DNA from: a virus
Lineage: Duplodnaviria > Caudoviricetes
IMG/VR virus record: IMGVR_UViG_3300011434_000345
Span: 1 to 58,743 of that record
DNA: 58,743 nucleotides
Reading direction: 5' to 3' (one strand)
Made by a program: the position numbers and the translations under genes. Positions 9,221 to 18,944 of this stretch are shown in pieces. Under the pieces are notes generated by a model, which saw nothing but the letters and a program-made list of their open reading frames with translations, searched no databases and had not been told where the DNA came from. Position 1 is the first letter of the stretch. Every line of letters starts with the position of its first letter.

Positions 9221-10699
9221 TTACGCCAGCCAGCTTTGGCCACGGGGCACCGCGTCCACCGAAGGCCGCGGGCGCACCGGCGCAGCGGGCATCCCCTTGG
9301 GCGCCACCGGCACGGAAAATGTGAGAGCTAAGCTGTCACCCACGTCGGGCGATGCCAAGCCCCGCGCCTTCATATGGGCCTTGCGCTCCAGTTGCAAGCG
9401 GTTCTGGGCATCGTAGCCGTACTCCGGGCCAAGCAAATCGGCGCGCAACTCTTGCATGTAGGGGGCTTTAGCATCCAGACTGGCGCGGGCCTGGAGCCAG
9501 GTGCGCAGGCCCGCCCACGACGCAGCCCGAATATTCTCATAGTGCACCGGGTCCTGGGGCGTGCCCCCATTCAGCACCTCTTCCACGCGGTAGTTGCGGG
9601 CGCGACACACATCCACCACGCCCGCGCCCACCCCGACGCCATCGACACACAGCGTCGGCTGGGCACTGCGGTAGCGCTCGACGGCTTCGCACACAAAGCC
9701 GCTCAGGCGGACCGTATCGAGTTCGCGGTACGTCGTACATTCGAGAATCTGCCCGCCACGCCGGACCAGAATGACGCTGCGATCATCCCCAAAGCGCGCC
9801 ACATCCACGCCAATGATGGTCGGCGCCAGCGGGTCATCGACCGCCTCCCGGCGACAGGCCGCGTCCACGTCGGCGTCACTGATAAACTGCCCCACGGCCT
9901 GGCGAGGGAATGCGCCCTTGACGCGCACGCGCACAAAGTCACTATCCTCGCCGTAGTCGGTGATCCACTGCGCAATCTGCGCCTGGTCGGCCATCTTCGC
10001 CGTGCGGCTATCGACCTGCGTGGTACTCCAGCGATGCGCGAAGCGGCCCCCAGGGAAACATTCTTTGAAGCGGCCACTGTTGCGGGTCGGGTTGGCAAAG
10101 GCGAGCCAGAACGCGCTGGGCGTCGTCATCGCACCCTCGACGTTCTCCCAGATAATATCGTCAATCGCGCTGGCTTCGTCTTTGATCACCAGCACGTGTT
10201 TCTCGTGGGTGCCCGCAAAGGCTTCGGGGCGATCTGCGCGCCACGGGACCGCGGCGACAAACCAGGTGGCCGGGTGCTGGCGGTGGTAACACTTGGTGGC
10301 GGTCCAGGCAAACGTCTCCGCATAGAGACTGAGCTGGAGCCACTTGGCGAGTTCGCGCCACGTCTTGGTATTGAGCTGCGTGCCGGTGTTCGCCGTGACC
10401 ACCGCTTGGGGGTGGGGATGGGTCGCGAGGAACCACAGGATAATCCAGGAGGTCAAGGCCGACTTGCCCACGCCGTGGCCGCTTGCCACAGCCTTACGGA
10501 ACGCCACGGTGGACGTCTGGATATGCACGCGCATCTCTTCCAGCACCGCCACCTGCCACGTATCCGGCCCGGTCTCGTGTGCCAACAGCGTGCCGGGTTC
10601 GCCCCAGGGGAAGGCCGCCAGGACGAAGCGCAAGGGGTCATCCACGCAGGAGGCCGCGAAGTCGAGGAGGTCGGCGTCAGGCAGGCAAAGCATGGCCAT
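9221..10699 (-). CDS. terL: Terminase large subunit
   Basis: Walker A ASGHGVGKS, Walker B VLVIKDEA, NPTRNSG, RNase H-like GVDVARFGDD, SPDVGDSLALTF. Confidence 0.95.
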   Translation of the reverse strand: MAMLCLPDADLLDFAASCVDDPLRFVLAAFPWGEPGTLLAHETGPDTWQVAVLEEMRVHIQTSTVAFRKAVASGHGVGKSALTSWIILWFLATHPHPQAVVTANTGTQLNTKTWRELAKWLQLSLYAETFAWTATKCYHRQHPATWFVAAVPWRADRPEAFAGTHEKHVLVIKDEASAIDDIIWENVEGAMTTPSAFWLAFANPTRNSGRFKECFPGGRFAHRWSTTQVDSRTAKMADQAQIAQWITDYGEDSDFVRVRVKGAFPRQAVGQFISDADVDAACRREAVDDPLAPTIIGVDVARFGDDRSVILVRRGGQILECTTYRELDTVRLSGFVCEAVERYRSAQPTLCVDGVGVGAGVVDVCRARNYRVEEVLNGGTPQDPVHYENIRAASWAGLRTWLQARASLDAKAPYMQELRADLLGPEYGYDAQNRLQLERKAHMKARGLASPDVGDSLALTFSVPVAPKGMPAAPVRPRPSVDAVPRGQSWLA

Positions 10700-11147
10700 T
10701 GCGGCGCTCCTCGAGCGCGGTATGCGCCCGCGCCAGGCGGTCACTCCAGGTCAGCGTCACCTCGCCGGAGACTTCTTGCTGCACGTGGAGGTTGTCACGG
10801 TACTTGTCGGGCTTCGCGCCCTTCATGAGGAAGATGAGGAGGGTATCACTATATTCAGTTTCAATCGCAATCGGCTGGTCTTTGTAAAACTTCGTCTTGG
10901 TAATCCCCTCGCGCGCGCGGCGCACCGCTTCCTCTTCCAGAATATCCCCGACCATCCGCTGGGCATCGAGCCAGGCTGTCTCATAGTCCGGGTCCACCTT
11001 GCGCCAGTAATAGTGCATCCGTAGGGCCACGTTCGCGCGGGTGGCCGCATGCGAAATCCGCCCCGTTTCCGCATAGGCCGCAAGAATCGCCCGCTTTTGT
11101 GGGTGGGTAATTTTCGGAAAGAGGGTCGTGACGCTGGGGGCAGCCAT
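10677..11147 (-). CDS. terS: Terminase small subunit
   Basis: N-terminal HTH, LEEEAVRRAREG, EYSDTLLIFLMKG.KPDKYRD; overlaps the terL start. Confidence 0.88.
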   Translation of the reverse strand: MAAPSVTTLFPKITHPQKRAILAAYAETGRISHAATRANVALRMHYYWRKVDPDYETAWLDAQRMVGDILEEEAVRRAREGITKTKFYKDQPIAIETEYSDTLLIFLMKGAKPDKYRDNLHVQQEVSGEVTLTWSDRLARAHTALEERRNGHALPA

Positions 11148-11318
11148 AGACTCCTGTATCCTGCTCCCTGCTGCCCGCTGGCGGGCAGCAGGGAACGCAG
11201 CGCATTTTGTCAGCTCGGCACAAAAAAGCGCACGGGTGCCCCGAGGGACACACATGCGCTTAGAGACAAGGTAGGGCGAAGGGGAAAAGTTGTCAAGGGA
11301 AAGATTGCATGGCATCTG

Positions 11319-11570
11319 TCACGTGGGGGCACACGCGCTGCACACGCCCATCTCCCCACCCCACGGTGCGGGGTGGACCTGGATTGCCGGGGCAGCGAGG
11401 CAGGCTTCACAGAGAGGGCCTGGCAGCGCGGGCGGGGGAGCGCCGTCAAGAATGCAAAGAGCCTCACCGTCAGCAGCGCCGTCCAGAATAGGGATAATCT
11501 GGATGCCAAAATAGTACGCAGGGATGAGCCCCACGAGTGCACGAGCGGTGGCAGGGTCATTCACATCCAT
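11319..11570 (-). CDS. Small Zn-finger-like hypothetical protein
   Basis: CEAC...PAPWGGEMGVCSAC; the same domain occurs in 12437-12976. Confidence 0.45.
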   Translation of the reverse strand: MDVNDPATARALVGLIPAYYFGIQIIPILDGAADGEALCILDGAPPPALPGPLCEACLAAPAIQVHPAPWGGEMGVCSACAPT

Positions 11571-11735
11571 GGGGGGGGGGGCTCCTCTGTGAGTCGAATA
11601 TCAACACGGGTGGTCCCATATCCTATACGCGCACCCATGTAAACGCAAGGGCATTCAGGCCCACAGGCACGCGAGTAGGGCCTCATCCATCAATGGCACA
11701 GCAACCATCGCGCCCTCGCGTGCAGGGCCTCTCTC

Positions 11736-12976
11736 TCACCATACTCCCTCAAGCTCGCCGCGATAGGCGCTTCCCCCGGCGGCCAGGTACCGCAGCCGTG
11801 GAAGCGCCCGAAAAATGGTCGCTAACCGTCGCTCAATCGCTGCGAATCGGGCCAACTCGCAGCGCTCGATACACGCAAGGCGTTCACCGCGAAGGGTGGC
11901 TCGCTCTACCACAAGACGGTCCACGTGTTCCTGGGGAGACAGGGCACAGCCTCCTTCGCCCAGCGGGCAGCTTGTATCTCCACACACGCATGTGCCCCAT
12001 AGACGCCGCAGTGGGGGCAGGGAGACGGCGCGCTCAGTAGGGCGTTCAGGTCTTGCCGTACGCGCAGCAGTGTGGCCTGATACTGTTGCATGCTGGGTGA
12101 CAAGACACCACCGGCGAGCGTCCGTAATTCCATCGCGACCGCATTCAGCAAACATTGCGCGGTATAGTTATCCACATCCAAAGTCATGAGCGCGCCCCCT
12201 CTGCCAGCCATAGCGCACGGAAATCGAGCCATCGCTATTGTGCTGCTGCGTTACCGTTAAAGGCGGAACATCTCCCAACTGCTGACACGCCGAAATCAAA
12301 TCATCACGCAGCGCGCAGGCCGTTGACGCGCTAAGGAGCAACGTATAGACATCATGATTATAGGCCATCGTGACCACCACGCGGTCCCCCGCAGTGGTCA
12401 CGTTAAAATCGGGAAGGTCAAACGTAGGAATGTCACTCATACCGACGTCTCCTCCGTCGCCACATAAAAGTCACACAGCCCCAGGCGCAGGCTCTCCAGG
12501 CTCCGGCAATAGCCGCAGGGCAAGCTATGCTCCTGGTGCACGGCGTACCGATGCGCCAGGTAGCGCTGCGTCAAGGCGTGGTCCAACTGCGTCCATTGGG
12601 CTTCCGTCATGGGTGGCGGCACAGGCGGTCCTCCTGCACACGCCGCGCACATCCCCATCGCGCCACCCCAGGGCGCGGGCTGGAGCTGCACGGCAGGCGC
12701 ATCGAGGCACACCTCGCAGAGGTGGCCGGGGAGGGCAGGCGCAGGCGGGGGATCTTGGAGGATCTCGATCACCGACACGCGCAGGTACATGTCCTGCCAG
12801 AGCTGCTCCACGTCCGCCATCGGCGCGAGCATCGCCAATGGATCGAGTGTGCAGCCGTCCAGCGGGGGCGTTCCAGACGCACCTACTGGTATCCTGGCAT
12901 CCAGCGCGGCACCCTCCTCGGCATTGCAGAGAGACTGGTATCGAGATAAGCGAGAGATGAAGCTCATGGGGGTCAC
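11736..12976 (-). CDS. Cluster of about four small hypothetical proteins (ending at 11736, 11906, 12168 and 12437)
   Basis: Tightly overlapping minus-strand ORFs downstream of the HTH gene. Confidence 0.5.
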
Positions 12977-13212
12977 TCCTTGCCAGCGTCGGGCATGCCG
13001 AGAAGATAATCCGTCGTACAGCCAAGCGCAAGGGCAAGGTCTCGCACCGTCCGCGCATACACATGCTCAGAATTGCCGTGCTCCAGCCGGGAAATGGTAA
13101 TGGGATTCATACGCGCACGCGAGGCCAGTTGGCGCTGGGTGAGGTCTTGCTGCCGACGCAACGTACGTACACGGGTGCCTAAAGGGACATCCATAAACCC
13201 TCCTTTAGACAA
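12973..13212 (-). CDS. XRE-family HTH regulator
   Basis: LGTRVRTLRRQQDLTQRQLA...ITISRLEHG...LALALGCTTDYLLG. Confidence 0.88.
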   Translation of the reverse strand: MSKGGFMDVPLGTRVRTLRRQQDLTQRQLASRARMNPITISRLEHGNSEHVYARTVRDLALALGCTTDYLLGMPDAGKE

Positions 13213-13259
13213 CAGTGTAACAAATTTTCACAGGTATGCAATATTTATTTACAAATGAG

Positions 13260-13288
13260 TTGACATGAAGTTAGCAGGGTTGTATACT
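13260..13288 (+). promoter_or_regulatory. Near-consensus sigma70 promoter
   Basis: TTGACA (13260-65), 17-nt spacer, TATACT (13283-88), in an AT-rich divergent intergenic region. Confidence 0.8.
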
Positions 13289-13382
13289 CTTCAATAGAGA
13301 CAGCGCAAGGCGAGGGAAAAGGAACTGGCAAGGACCTTCCCCCGCCCCACAGCACCAACCCCTCTCCAGAGGAGCCTAGGCA

Positions 13383-13946
13383 ATGGCAAGTATACATGGC
13401 ACAAGCGTCGGCTGCAACCGCAAGCGCCCGAGTGCGAAAGTGGTCATCGTGAAAGAGCCCGGCACGCTCCCCGAAGCAGCGTGTAGCGTCAACCTGCTGT
13501 TCGACGTCCCCGGCTACGGCAAGGCGCAAGCCACCGGGCGCGGGGCCAATGCTGACGAGGCCGCTGCGAACCTGACCGCAACTATCGCCGCCACCCGCGC
13601 AGCGCTGGCTCCCGTGCCAGCCGAGCCGCCGATGCGCACCCGCACGGAGCAACTCGCCGCGCTGCTGGCCTGCGGCCTGGACAAGGCCATGGCGAAACAT
13701 GACCTCAGCCTCGTCGAACGCCTGAGCAAGGCCGCTGCGCTGGTGCTGGGCGGTGCGGTGGCGCCGGGCGAGCGTGAGGGGCTGCTGACCGTCCGCAGCC
13801 AGCGCGAGCCGGAGCTGTGGTACAGTGTCGAGGCAGGGCAGTGTACGTGCAAAGACTGGAGTACGCACACGAAGGCGGGGCAGAAGTTTTGCTGCCAGCA
13901 CGTGCTGGCCAGTGCGATGTATCTACGACTGGCGGAGCCACAGTAA
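13383..13946 (+). CDS. SWIM zinc-finger protein
   Basis: VRSQ...YSV...CTCKDW...CCQHVLA (CxC...CxH); AGGAG RBS. Confidence 0.75.
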   Translation: MASIHGTSVGCNRKRPSAKVVIVKEPGTLPEAACSVNLLFDVPGYGKAQATGRGANADEAAANLTATIAATRAALAPVPAEPPMRTRTEQLAALLACGLDKAMAKHDLSLVERLSKAAALVLGGAVAPGEREGLLTVRSQREPELWYSVEAGQCTCKDWSTHTKAGQKFCCQHVLASAMYLRLAEPQ

Positions 13947-13992
13947 CGAACAGACCCGGGGCGTCGCAGGGCGCCCCAGGAAGGAGACCCCA

Positions 13993-14235
13993 ATGGCCAC
14001 ATGTTTTGGCTGGTATCACAAGCGCGGCAACAATGCGAAAGTCCGGACCATCGACATGCAGGCGGGATATGCCTGCGGGCACGGGCGTTTTGAGAGCCAC
14101 GGCTTCTTTCTAATTACGCGGGAGGACGGCGCAAAAATCACCATCCGGGTCCCGCCAGCCGAGTTTGCACGCCTGGCCGCGCAGATGGCCAGCCTCCAAC
14201 TGGCCGCAGAGAGACAGGCAGAGGAGCCCGCCTAA
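13993..14235 (+). CDS. Small hypothetical protein (repeat-flanked gene 1)
   Basis: AAGGAG RBS follows repeat 1; 80 aa. Confidence 0.65.
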   Translation: MATCFGWYHKRGNNAKVRTIDMQAGYACGHGRFESHGFFLITREDGAKITIRVPPAEFARLAAQMASLQLAAERQAEEPA

Positions 14236-14280
14236 CCCCACACCGGGGCGTCGGAGGGCGCCCCACGAAGGAGCATCCGC

Positions 14281-14514
14281 ATGGCCAGAGAACTGGACGA
14301 CTCCCCCTGTGACCATCTCTTTGACGGGGGGCTGTGTACGCAGTGCCTCTGTCCCGAAAGCGCGCAGCACGAGCAACGCGCCGCCAACGCCATCGAGAAT
14401 GCCCAGGCGCTCATGGGCACCTGGCTTCCCGAGTGGCACACGTTTCTCACGAGAGACGATGCCCTGTTTCGCGCGTGGCGCGCGCATCGCCACAGGGGCG
14501 ATGTGCAGGAGTAA
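14281..14514 (+). CDS. Small hypothetical protein (repeat-flanked gene 2)
   Basis: AAGGAG RBS follows repeat 2; CxH...CxxC; 77 aa. Confidence 0.65.
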   Translation: MARELDDSPCDHLFDGGLCTQCLCPESAQHEQRAANAIENAQALMGTWLPEWHTFLTRDDALFRAWRAHRHRGDVQE

Positions 14515-14567
14515 CGACGGCAGTCCACACACCGGGGCGTCGGAGGGCGCCCCACGAAGGAGCGAGA

Positions 14568-14789
14568 ATGACAGCCCAACCATGTGCCTACTGCGCAGCG
14601 CCCGCCACACACACGCTCTGGCCTGACCGGGAGCAGGGCCGCATGCTGGCCCGGGTGGGCGATTTCCCGAGGGCGCGGCTCGAATACTGTGCCCGTTGTG
14701 CGGATGCCCTTGCTGCCGGTGAAACCGGCGAAGCCTTGGCCCGGCGCCTGAATACAGCGCACGCGGCGGCTGGAAGGTTGCCGCAGTAA
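14568..14789 (+). CDS. Small Zn-ribbon protein (repeat-flanked gene 3)
   Basis: AAGGAG RBS follows repeat 3; CAYC...CARC; 73 aa. Confidence 0.65.
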   Translation: MTAQPCAYCAAPATHTLWPDREQGRMLARVGDFPRARLEYCARCADALAAGETGEALARRLNTAHAAAGRLPQ

Positions 14790-14852
14790 CCACACCCCCC
14801 CCGGGGCGCCGCAGGGCGCCCCGCTTCCGCTCCTCACGCCAGAAAGTACCCA

Positions 14853-15725
14853 CTACTCCAGAAATTGCTGCGCCATCCGCGTCAGCACCCCGCGCGTGTG
14901 CCCCTGGGTAAAGTGGGCGTACCGCTTCACCATCGCCATGGTGCGATGCCCCAGGATGTCGGCCAGCTCGACCAGGTTGGCGCCAGACATGAGCAGATAG
15001 CTTGCGGCCGTGTGACGCAGGTCGTGAAACCTGAATTGCTGCAACCCCGCTTCTTTCCGTGCTTTATCCCAGGCATAATCAATCCGTGTCGGCACGCCAG
15101 TCACCGGGCCAGGAAACAGCCAGGCGTCCGGCGGCATGATAGCGAAGATCGGCTTGCTCAGATAGTCCAGTGCGCCACCGATGAGCGGCACGGCCCGAAT
15201 GATCCCGCCCTTGGTTTTCACAAAATACACCACCTTCTGCGTCAAGTTGACGTCCCGCCGCCGCAAGTGAAGCAGCTCATCCTTGCGCGCGCCCGTATGC
15301 AGCGCCAGCAGCACCACCGGGTACAGGCGCGGGTCCTCACTGTGGCGACACGCCCGCACGAGCTTCTGGCGTTCCTCCGTACTCAGGAAGCGAATGTACG
15401 CTGCGGGGTCCGGCAGCTTGCGCAGCTTACGAAAGGGGTGCTCTTCCAGGTACCCCAACTCGTTAACGGCCACGGTGAACGCCGCCGAGAGCGCATCCAT
15501 GTACACGCGGACGGTGCCCGGCTTGTGCGTCGTCGCCAGGTCATCACGCCAGGCCCGCAACCAGGCCGGGGTAATCGCCGCGAGGGGCAGCTCGCCGAAC
15601 GCCCGCTTATAGTGGCCGTAAAGGAGGCGCTGCTTATAGGCAGTGCTCGGGGCCTTGAGGTGGAGGTACTCACGGTCGTACAGGGTCAAGAGGTCCGTGA
15701 CGGTGGGGGCAGGGGCTGTGACCAT
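14853..15725 (-). CDS. int: Tyrosine recombinase / phage integrase
   Basis: Catalytic R (TGARKDE), K (TKGG), HDLRH, LGH, Y (KRYAH); AAGGAG RBS; 290 aa. Confidence 0.93.
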   Translation of the reverse strand: MVTAPAPTVTDLLTLYDREYLHLKAPSTAYKQRLLYGHYKRAFGELPLAAITPAWLRAWRDDLATTHKPGTVRVYMDALSAAFTVAVNELGYLEEHPFRKLRKLPDPAAYIRFLSTEERQKLVRACRHSEDPRLYPVVLLALHTGARKDELLHLRRRDVNLTQKVVYFVKTKGGIIRAVPLIGGALDYLSKPIFAIMPPDAWLFPGPVTGVPTRIDYAWDKARKEAGLQQFRFHDLRHTAASYLLMSGANLVELADILGHRTMAMVKRYAHFTQGHTRGVLTRMAQQFLE

Positions 15726-15859
15726 CGGAAGCTCCTTCTATGCGAGAGGGGAACACGAGGACAGGTGTATCCAGGGCAGAAACCGCACGCAAGGACTTTT
15801 GATAAGGGGACAAAGTGATGCTGGCGAGGAATGGCGGCAAGGCATTGAAAGTCCATGGC

Positions 15860-16258
15860 TTACACGAAATGCCATTTTGGCGTAACTATGAGATCTTTCT
15901 GGTACAAAGCGCCTTGTTTCTGTGACGAATAGGACTTGTGCCCCTTTTGGGGATGAGGAATGGCGCCGTGGACGAGGCGGCAGACCTCTTGAAAGAGGCG
16001 GTAGCTTTCGCGTTCTTCGGGGGGAATGGCGGGAGAGGTGCCGGCGCCAAAGAGCGCGGCAACGGGGACCTGCAAGGCCTCGGCAACGCGGGCAATATCC
16101 TCTAAGGTAATGTTCTGCTTGCCGTTTTCAATCCGTGACACACTCGCTTCGGTTTTGTCCACACGAGAGGCAAGCTGCTTCAGGGTCAGCCCTGCGCGCT
16201 TGCGATACCGCCGTACCTGCTCGCCAAAAGCAACCTGCATTTCCTGGGCTCCATCCAT
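15860..16258 (-). CDS. CI-like XRE repressor
   Basis: FGEQVRRYRKRAGLTLKQLA...SVSRIENG...ALQVPVAALF; upstream of int and divergent from a cro-like gene; no S24 peptidase domain visible. Confidence 0.8.
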   Translation of the reverse strand: MDGAQEMQVAFGEQVRRYRKRAGLTLKQLASRVDKTEASVSRIENGKQNITLEDIARVAEALQVPVAALFGAGTSPAIPPEERESYRLFQEVCRLVHGAIPHPQKGHKSYSSQKQGALYQKDLIVTPKWHFV

Positions 16259-16286
16259 CGACACGACTCCTGCGTCACAAGAAAAC

Positions 16287-16402
16287 TTCCATACGATGTA
16301 ATGTACCAAAGGCTTACACGCCATGCAATCTTATTTTCGTAGAGATACAAAATAAGGCTTGCATGGTGTGTAAGTTTCTGTCTATACTTGCACCGTATGT
16401 AA
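16287..16402. promoter_or_regulatory. Four 15-bp pseudo-palindromic operators in the cI-cro intergenic region
   Basis: TTCCAtacgaTGTAA 16287, TTACAcgccaTGCAA 16314, TTGCAtggtgTGTAA 16359, TTGCAccgtaTGTAA 16388; overlapping promoter TTGCAT-18-TATACT at 16359-16388. Confidence 0.75.
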
Positions 16403-16425
16403 TGTTGAGACAAAGGAGCCCATCT

Positions 16426-16662
16426 ATGACGAATCGTATCCGTCATTTCCGCGAACAACGAGGATTGACCCAGGCAGAGCTAGCGGGTGCGCTCGGCATG
16501 CATGAGCATAGCGTGATCCGCTGGGAGAAAGGGTACACGTCGATTCCCCTGGAGACGCTCAAGCGTTTGGCTCGGTTCTTTCTTGTCGCTCCAGACGAAC
16601 TTGCCCCCGATATGGTCCCAGACCTTTTGCGGGTCCCACAGGAGGACACGACGCATGCGTAG
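16426..16662 (+). CDS. Cro-like XRE regulator
   Basis: MTNRIRHFREQRGLTQAELAGALG...VIRWEKG; AAAGGAG RBS. Confidence 0.85.
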   Translation: MTNRIRHFREQRGLTQAELAGALGMHEHSVIRWEKGYTSIPLETLKRLARFFLVAPDELAPDMVPDLLRVPQEDTTHA

Positions 16663-16936
16663 TCCCCCACCGGCATTATCCGTGCTGAATTGGAGCTGGG
16701 GATCAGACAGCAGCGCAATAGCTCTCATGTCGCATCATGGCGAACTTCCACCATTTGATGTGATTATCAGTGCCGATACGCAGGGCGAGCCTGATGAGGT
16801 TTACGAGACAGTTGAATGGGTCTCGGCCATTCTTCAGCCGTATCTGCATCGCTCCATGATCCCGTTACCGCTAGCCCCGATTGATGAGCCAGAGACAGGG
16901 CAAGAAGAATTGTTCTGCTTTGCCTGCAATACCTAA
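16655..16936 (+). pseudogene. Internally deleted PAPS-reductase-like (adenine nucleotide alpha hydrolase) remnant
   Basis: N-terminal SWGSDSS...GELPPFDVIISADTQGEPDEVY joined directly to C-terminal-type YLHRS..PL...QEELFC; only 93 aa. Confidence 0.6.
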
Positions 16937-17148
16937 GAAAGGACTCTCCCCATGTATGACTATGACGACTTCCCAGAACTCGGCACGCCCTGCCCCGACC
17001 CAGTCGTTGAAATGGCCATCCTGCGTGAAGCCCTGCGCCTGCTCATGCAAACCGAGCAGCTCAGCAGCGACGACGAAACGCTCATTGCCACGCAGGCCCG
17101 TAACGTCCTGCGCTACGGCAGCCGGGTTGCCCCAGACGAGGTGCCAGC

Positions 17149-17580
17149 ATGACCCGACACGACCACTATGCCAGCCTCCCCGTGGCACCCCACCGCCAGG
17201 GCGGCCATGTGTGGGCCGTCGCCAGCGCCCTCCAGGCCGCGCGGCTTTTCCTCGCGGAGGAGGGCCGCTACCCGACAACCACGCAGCTCCACAGCGGTGA
17301 GGGGCTGCCCAATTACGCAACAGTGGCCAGACTGTTTGGCTCGCTCCGTGGCTATCTCCGTGCGCTGGACACGCCACGCGCCGGGCCATCCCCCTACGCC
17401 CGGCGCGTGGCGTGCCGACGCTGCGACACCGCCTTTCAGAGCTGGGATGTCCGACAGAATCGCCTCTGTCCACAGTGCAACGAAAGCCCAGAGACGGACG
17501 GCGCGTGGATGAACAACACACACGTGACCTGGAGCACCGACCTGGGCGGCATGTTTACCCTGGAGGAGAACGGCTCGTGA
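17149..17580 (+). CDS. Hypothetical DNA-binding protein with C-terminal Zn ribbon
   Basis: GLPNYATVARLFGS; CRRC..F.S...NRLCPQC. Confidence 0.55.
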   Translation: MTRHDHYASLPVAPHRQGGHVWAVASALQAARLFLAEEGRYPTTTQLHSGEGLPNYATVARLFGSLRGYLRALDTPRAGPSPYARRVACRRCDTAFQSWDVRQNRLCPQCNESPETDGAWMNNTHVTWSTDLGGMFTLEENGS

Positions 17581-18222
17581 AGAGACCACACCGCAACACC
17601 GACGGTCCCCGCCCGCGCAGCGCGCTGGATCGGCGCCAGTCCGCCTATCCGGTGGGCGCCAGTCTGGAGGAGATGACGGAGACCGCGCTGCTGCTCGACG
17701 CCGCCCTGGACGACGCCGACCCCAACGACGGGGATATCGCCGCCTGGCTCCGGCAACGGCATGCCCAGCGCAACTAACGAAAGGAGTCCCCCATGCGAGT
17801 ACGTCCCGCGGGCTATCTCACCTGCCCCCGCTGCGAGGGGCTCTATGCGCAGGGGCGGGCGTGCCCCTGCGCGACCGACCCGCCCTGCCCGCACTGGCTG
17901 CGCCTGCTGGCGTGGGGCGCCATGGGGCTCTTCTGTGTGCTGGCGTGGGCAGGGGTGGCGCTGCTCGGCTGGTGGGTGGTGATGCAGCGCGGAGGGCAGT
18001 AGCCATGACCCACACGCACCGCTACCGCTTCCCCGACGTGACCACGCTTACGCTGCCGGACATCCACGGCTGGTGTGACTGCTTTCTGGCCTGGCGCTGC
18101 GTCGAGTGCAAAGCGCCAGGGCCGTACACGACATGCCAGGTCCACGAACAGACACGCAACATGACGTATGCCGCGCTCCAGGCGCTGTGGGTCGCTGACC
18201 CACAGCGCGGAGGGCGGGTGCA

Positions 18223-18630
18223 ATGACGGAACACTGGACCGTGACAGAATATCACGCCTATCTGCGGGGAGCCGCCGCCAGGGGCAGGCTACGCCAGGCA
18301 GAGACCGTGCTGCCGCCCCCGTCGCTCACCCACAAAGCCTTTCAGGCCGCCATCGTGCGCCTGGCGACAGCGCATGGGTGGAAGGCGCATTTTACGACCA
18401 ATTCGCGCAAATCGCCCTCGGGCTGGCCCGATCTTGTACTAGCCCGGGTGGGCGAATGCCTGATAGCAGAGATGAAAGTGGGCACGGATACGGTCTCCAT
18501 CGAGCAGGCCGTCTGGCTGCAACTCTTAGGGACCGTCCCTGGCCTTGAGACCTACGTGTGGCATGGGCCGGACGCCTGGCCCCAGATTGAGCAACGACTG
18601 ACGCAACCAAAGAGGAACACCGAATGCTGA
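18223..18630 (+). CDS. VRR-NUC-type PD-(D/E)xK nuclease
   Basis: FQAAIVRLA...GW...SPSGWPDLVLAR...AEMKV...EQAVW. Confidence 0.8.
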   Translation: MTEHWTVTEYHAYLRGAAARGRLRQAETVLPPPSLTHKAFQAAIVRLATAHGWKAHFTTNSRKSPSGWPDLVLARVGECLIAEMKVGTDTVSIEQAVWLQLLGTVPGLETYVWHGPDAWPQIEQRLTQPKRNTEC

Positions 18631-18944
18631 CCACGTACGACAGACGCAAAGCCGCTGGTCTCTGCGGGCTCTGTGGCACCAGGCCACCCCATGCCGAGTA
18701 TGTGTACTGTGACCCGTGCCGTCTCCGCGAAGCTCTGCGCAAAGATGCGCACCTCACGGTTGACGAATGGCACCGTAGAGAGGCCCTGCGGTGTCAGGCA
18801 CCCTTCGTGTCGCGTCTGCTTTCTCCGCTGCCGTCAGCCCTCCACGGCCCAGCGGTCGGCCACTGCGGGCAATGGTGGCCCTGCACAACGCTGCCGGTGC
18901 GCTGTGGGACATGTGGGGCGGTGGTGCTGGAGGAGCGGGGATGA
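18624..18944 (+). CDS. Cys-rich hypothetical protein
   Basis: Several CxxC pairs; coupled to neighbours. Confidence 0.5.
   Translation: MLTTYDRRKAAGLCGLCGTRPPHAEYVYCDPCRLREALRKDAHLTVDEWHRREALRCQAPFVSRLLSPLPSALHGPAVGHCGQWWPCTTLPVRCGTCGAVVLEERG

Larger units (their letters stand above)
13956..14822 (+). repeat. Four copies of a 22-bp GC hairpin repeat separating small genes
   Basis: CCGGGGCGYCGSAGGGCGCCCC at 13956, 14243, 14532 and 14801; copies 2 and 3 share 36 identical nt including AAGGAG. Confidence 0.9.

Noticed and set aside
4342-10828. Long + strand ORFs 4342-6375, 6656-9061 and 9374-10828
   Set aside because: Antisense shadows of coat, scaffold, portal and terL in high-GC DNA; no recognisable motifs.
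13956-14822. CRISPR array
   Set aside because: Spacers are about 250 bp protein-coding genes and no cas genes are present.
13946-15725. Integron interpretation (TAAC after each stop, next to a tyrosine recombinase)
   Set aside because: The repeats have no matching GTTRRRY end and are too short for attC. The recombinase shows no IntI-specific insertion and converges on the array.
14823-15860. attP or tRNA fragment near the integrase
   Set aside because: No tRNA 3' end or convincing core/arm pattern found by eye; host junction reads are needed.
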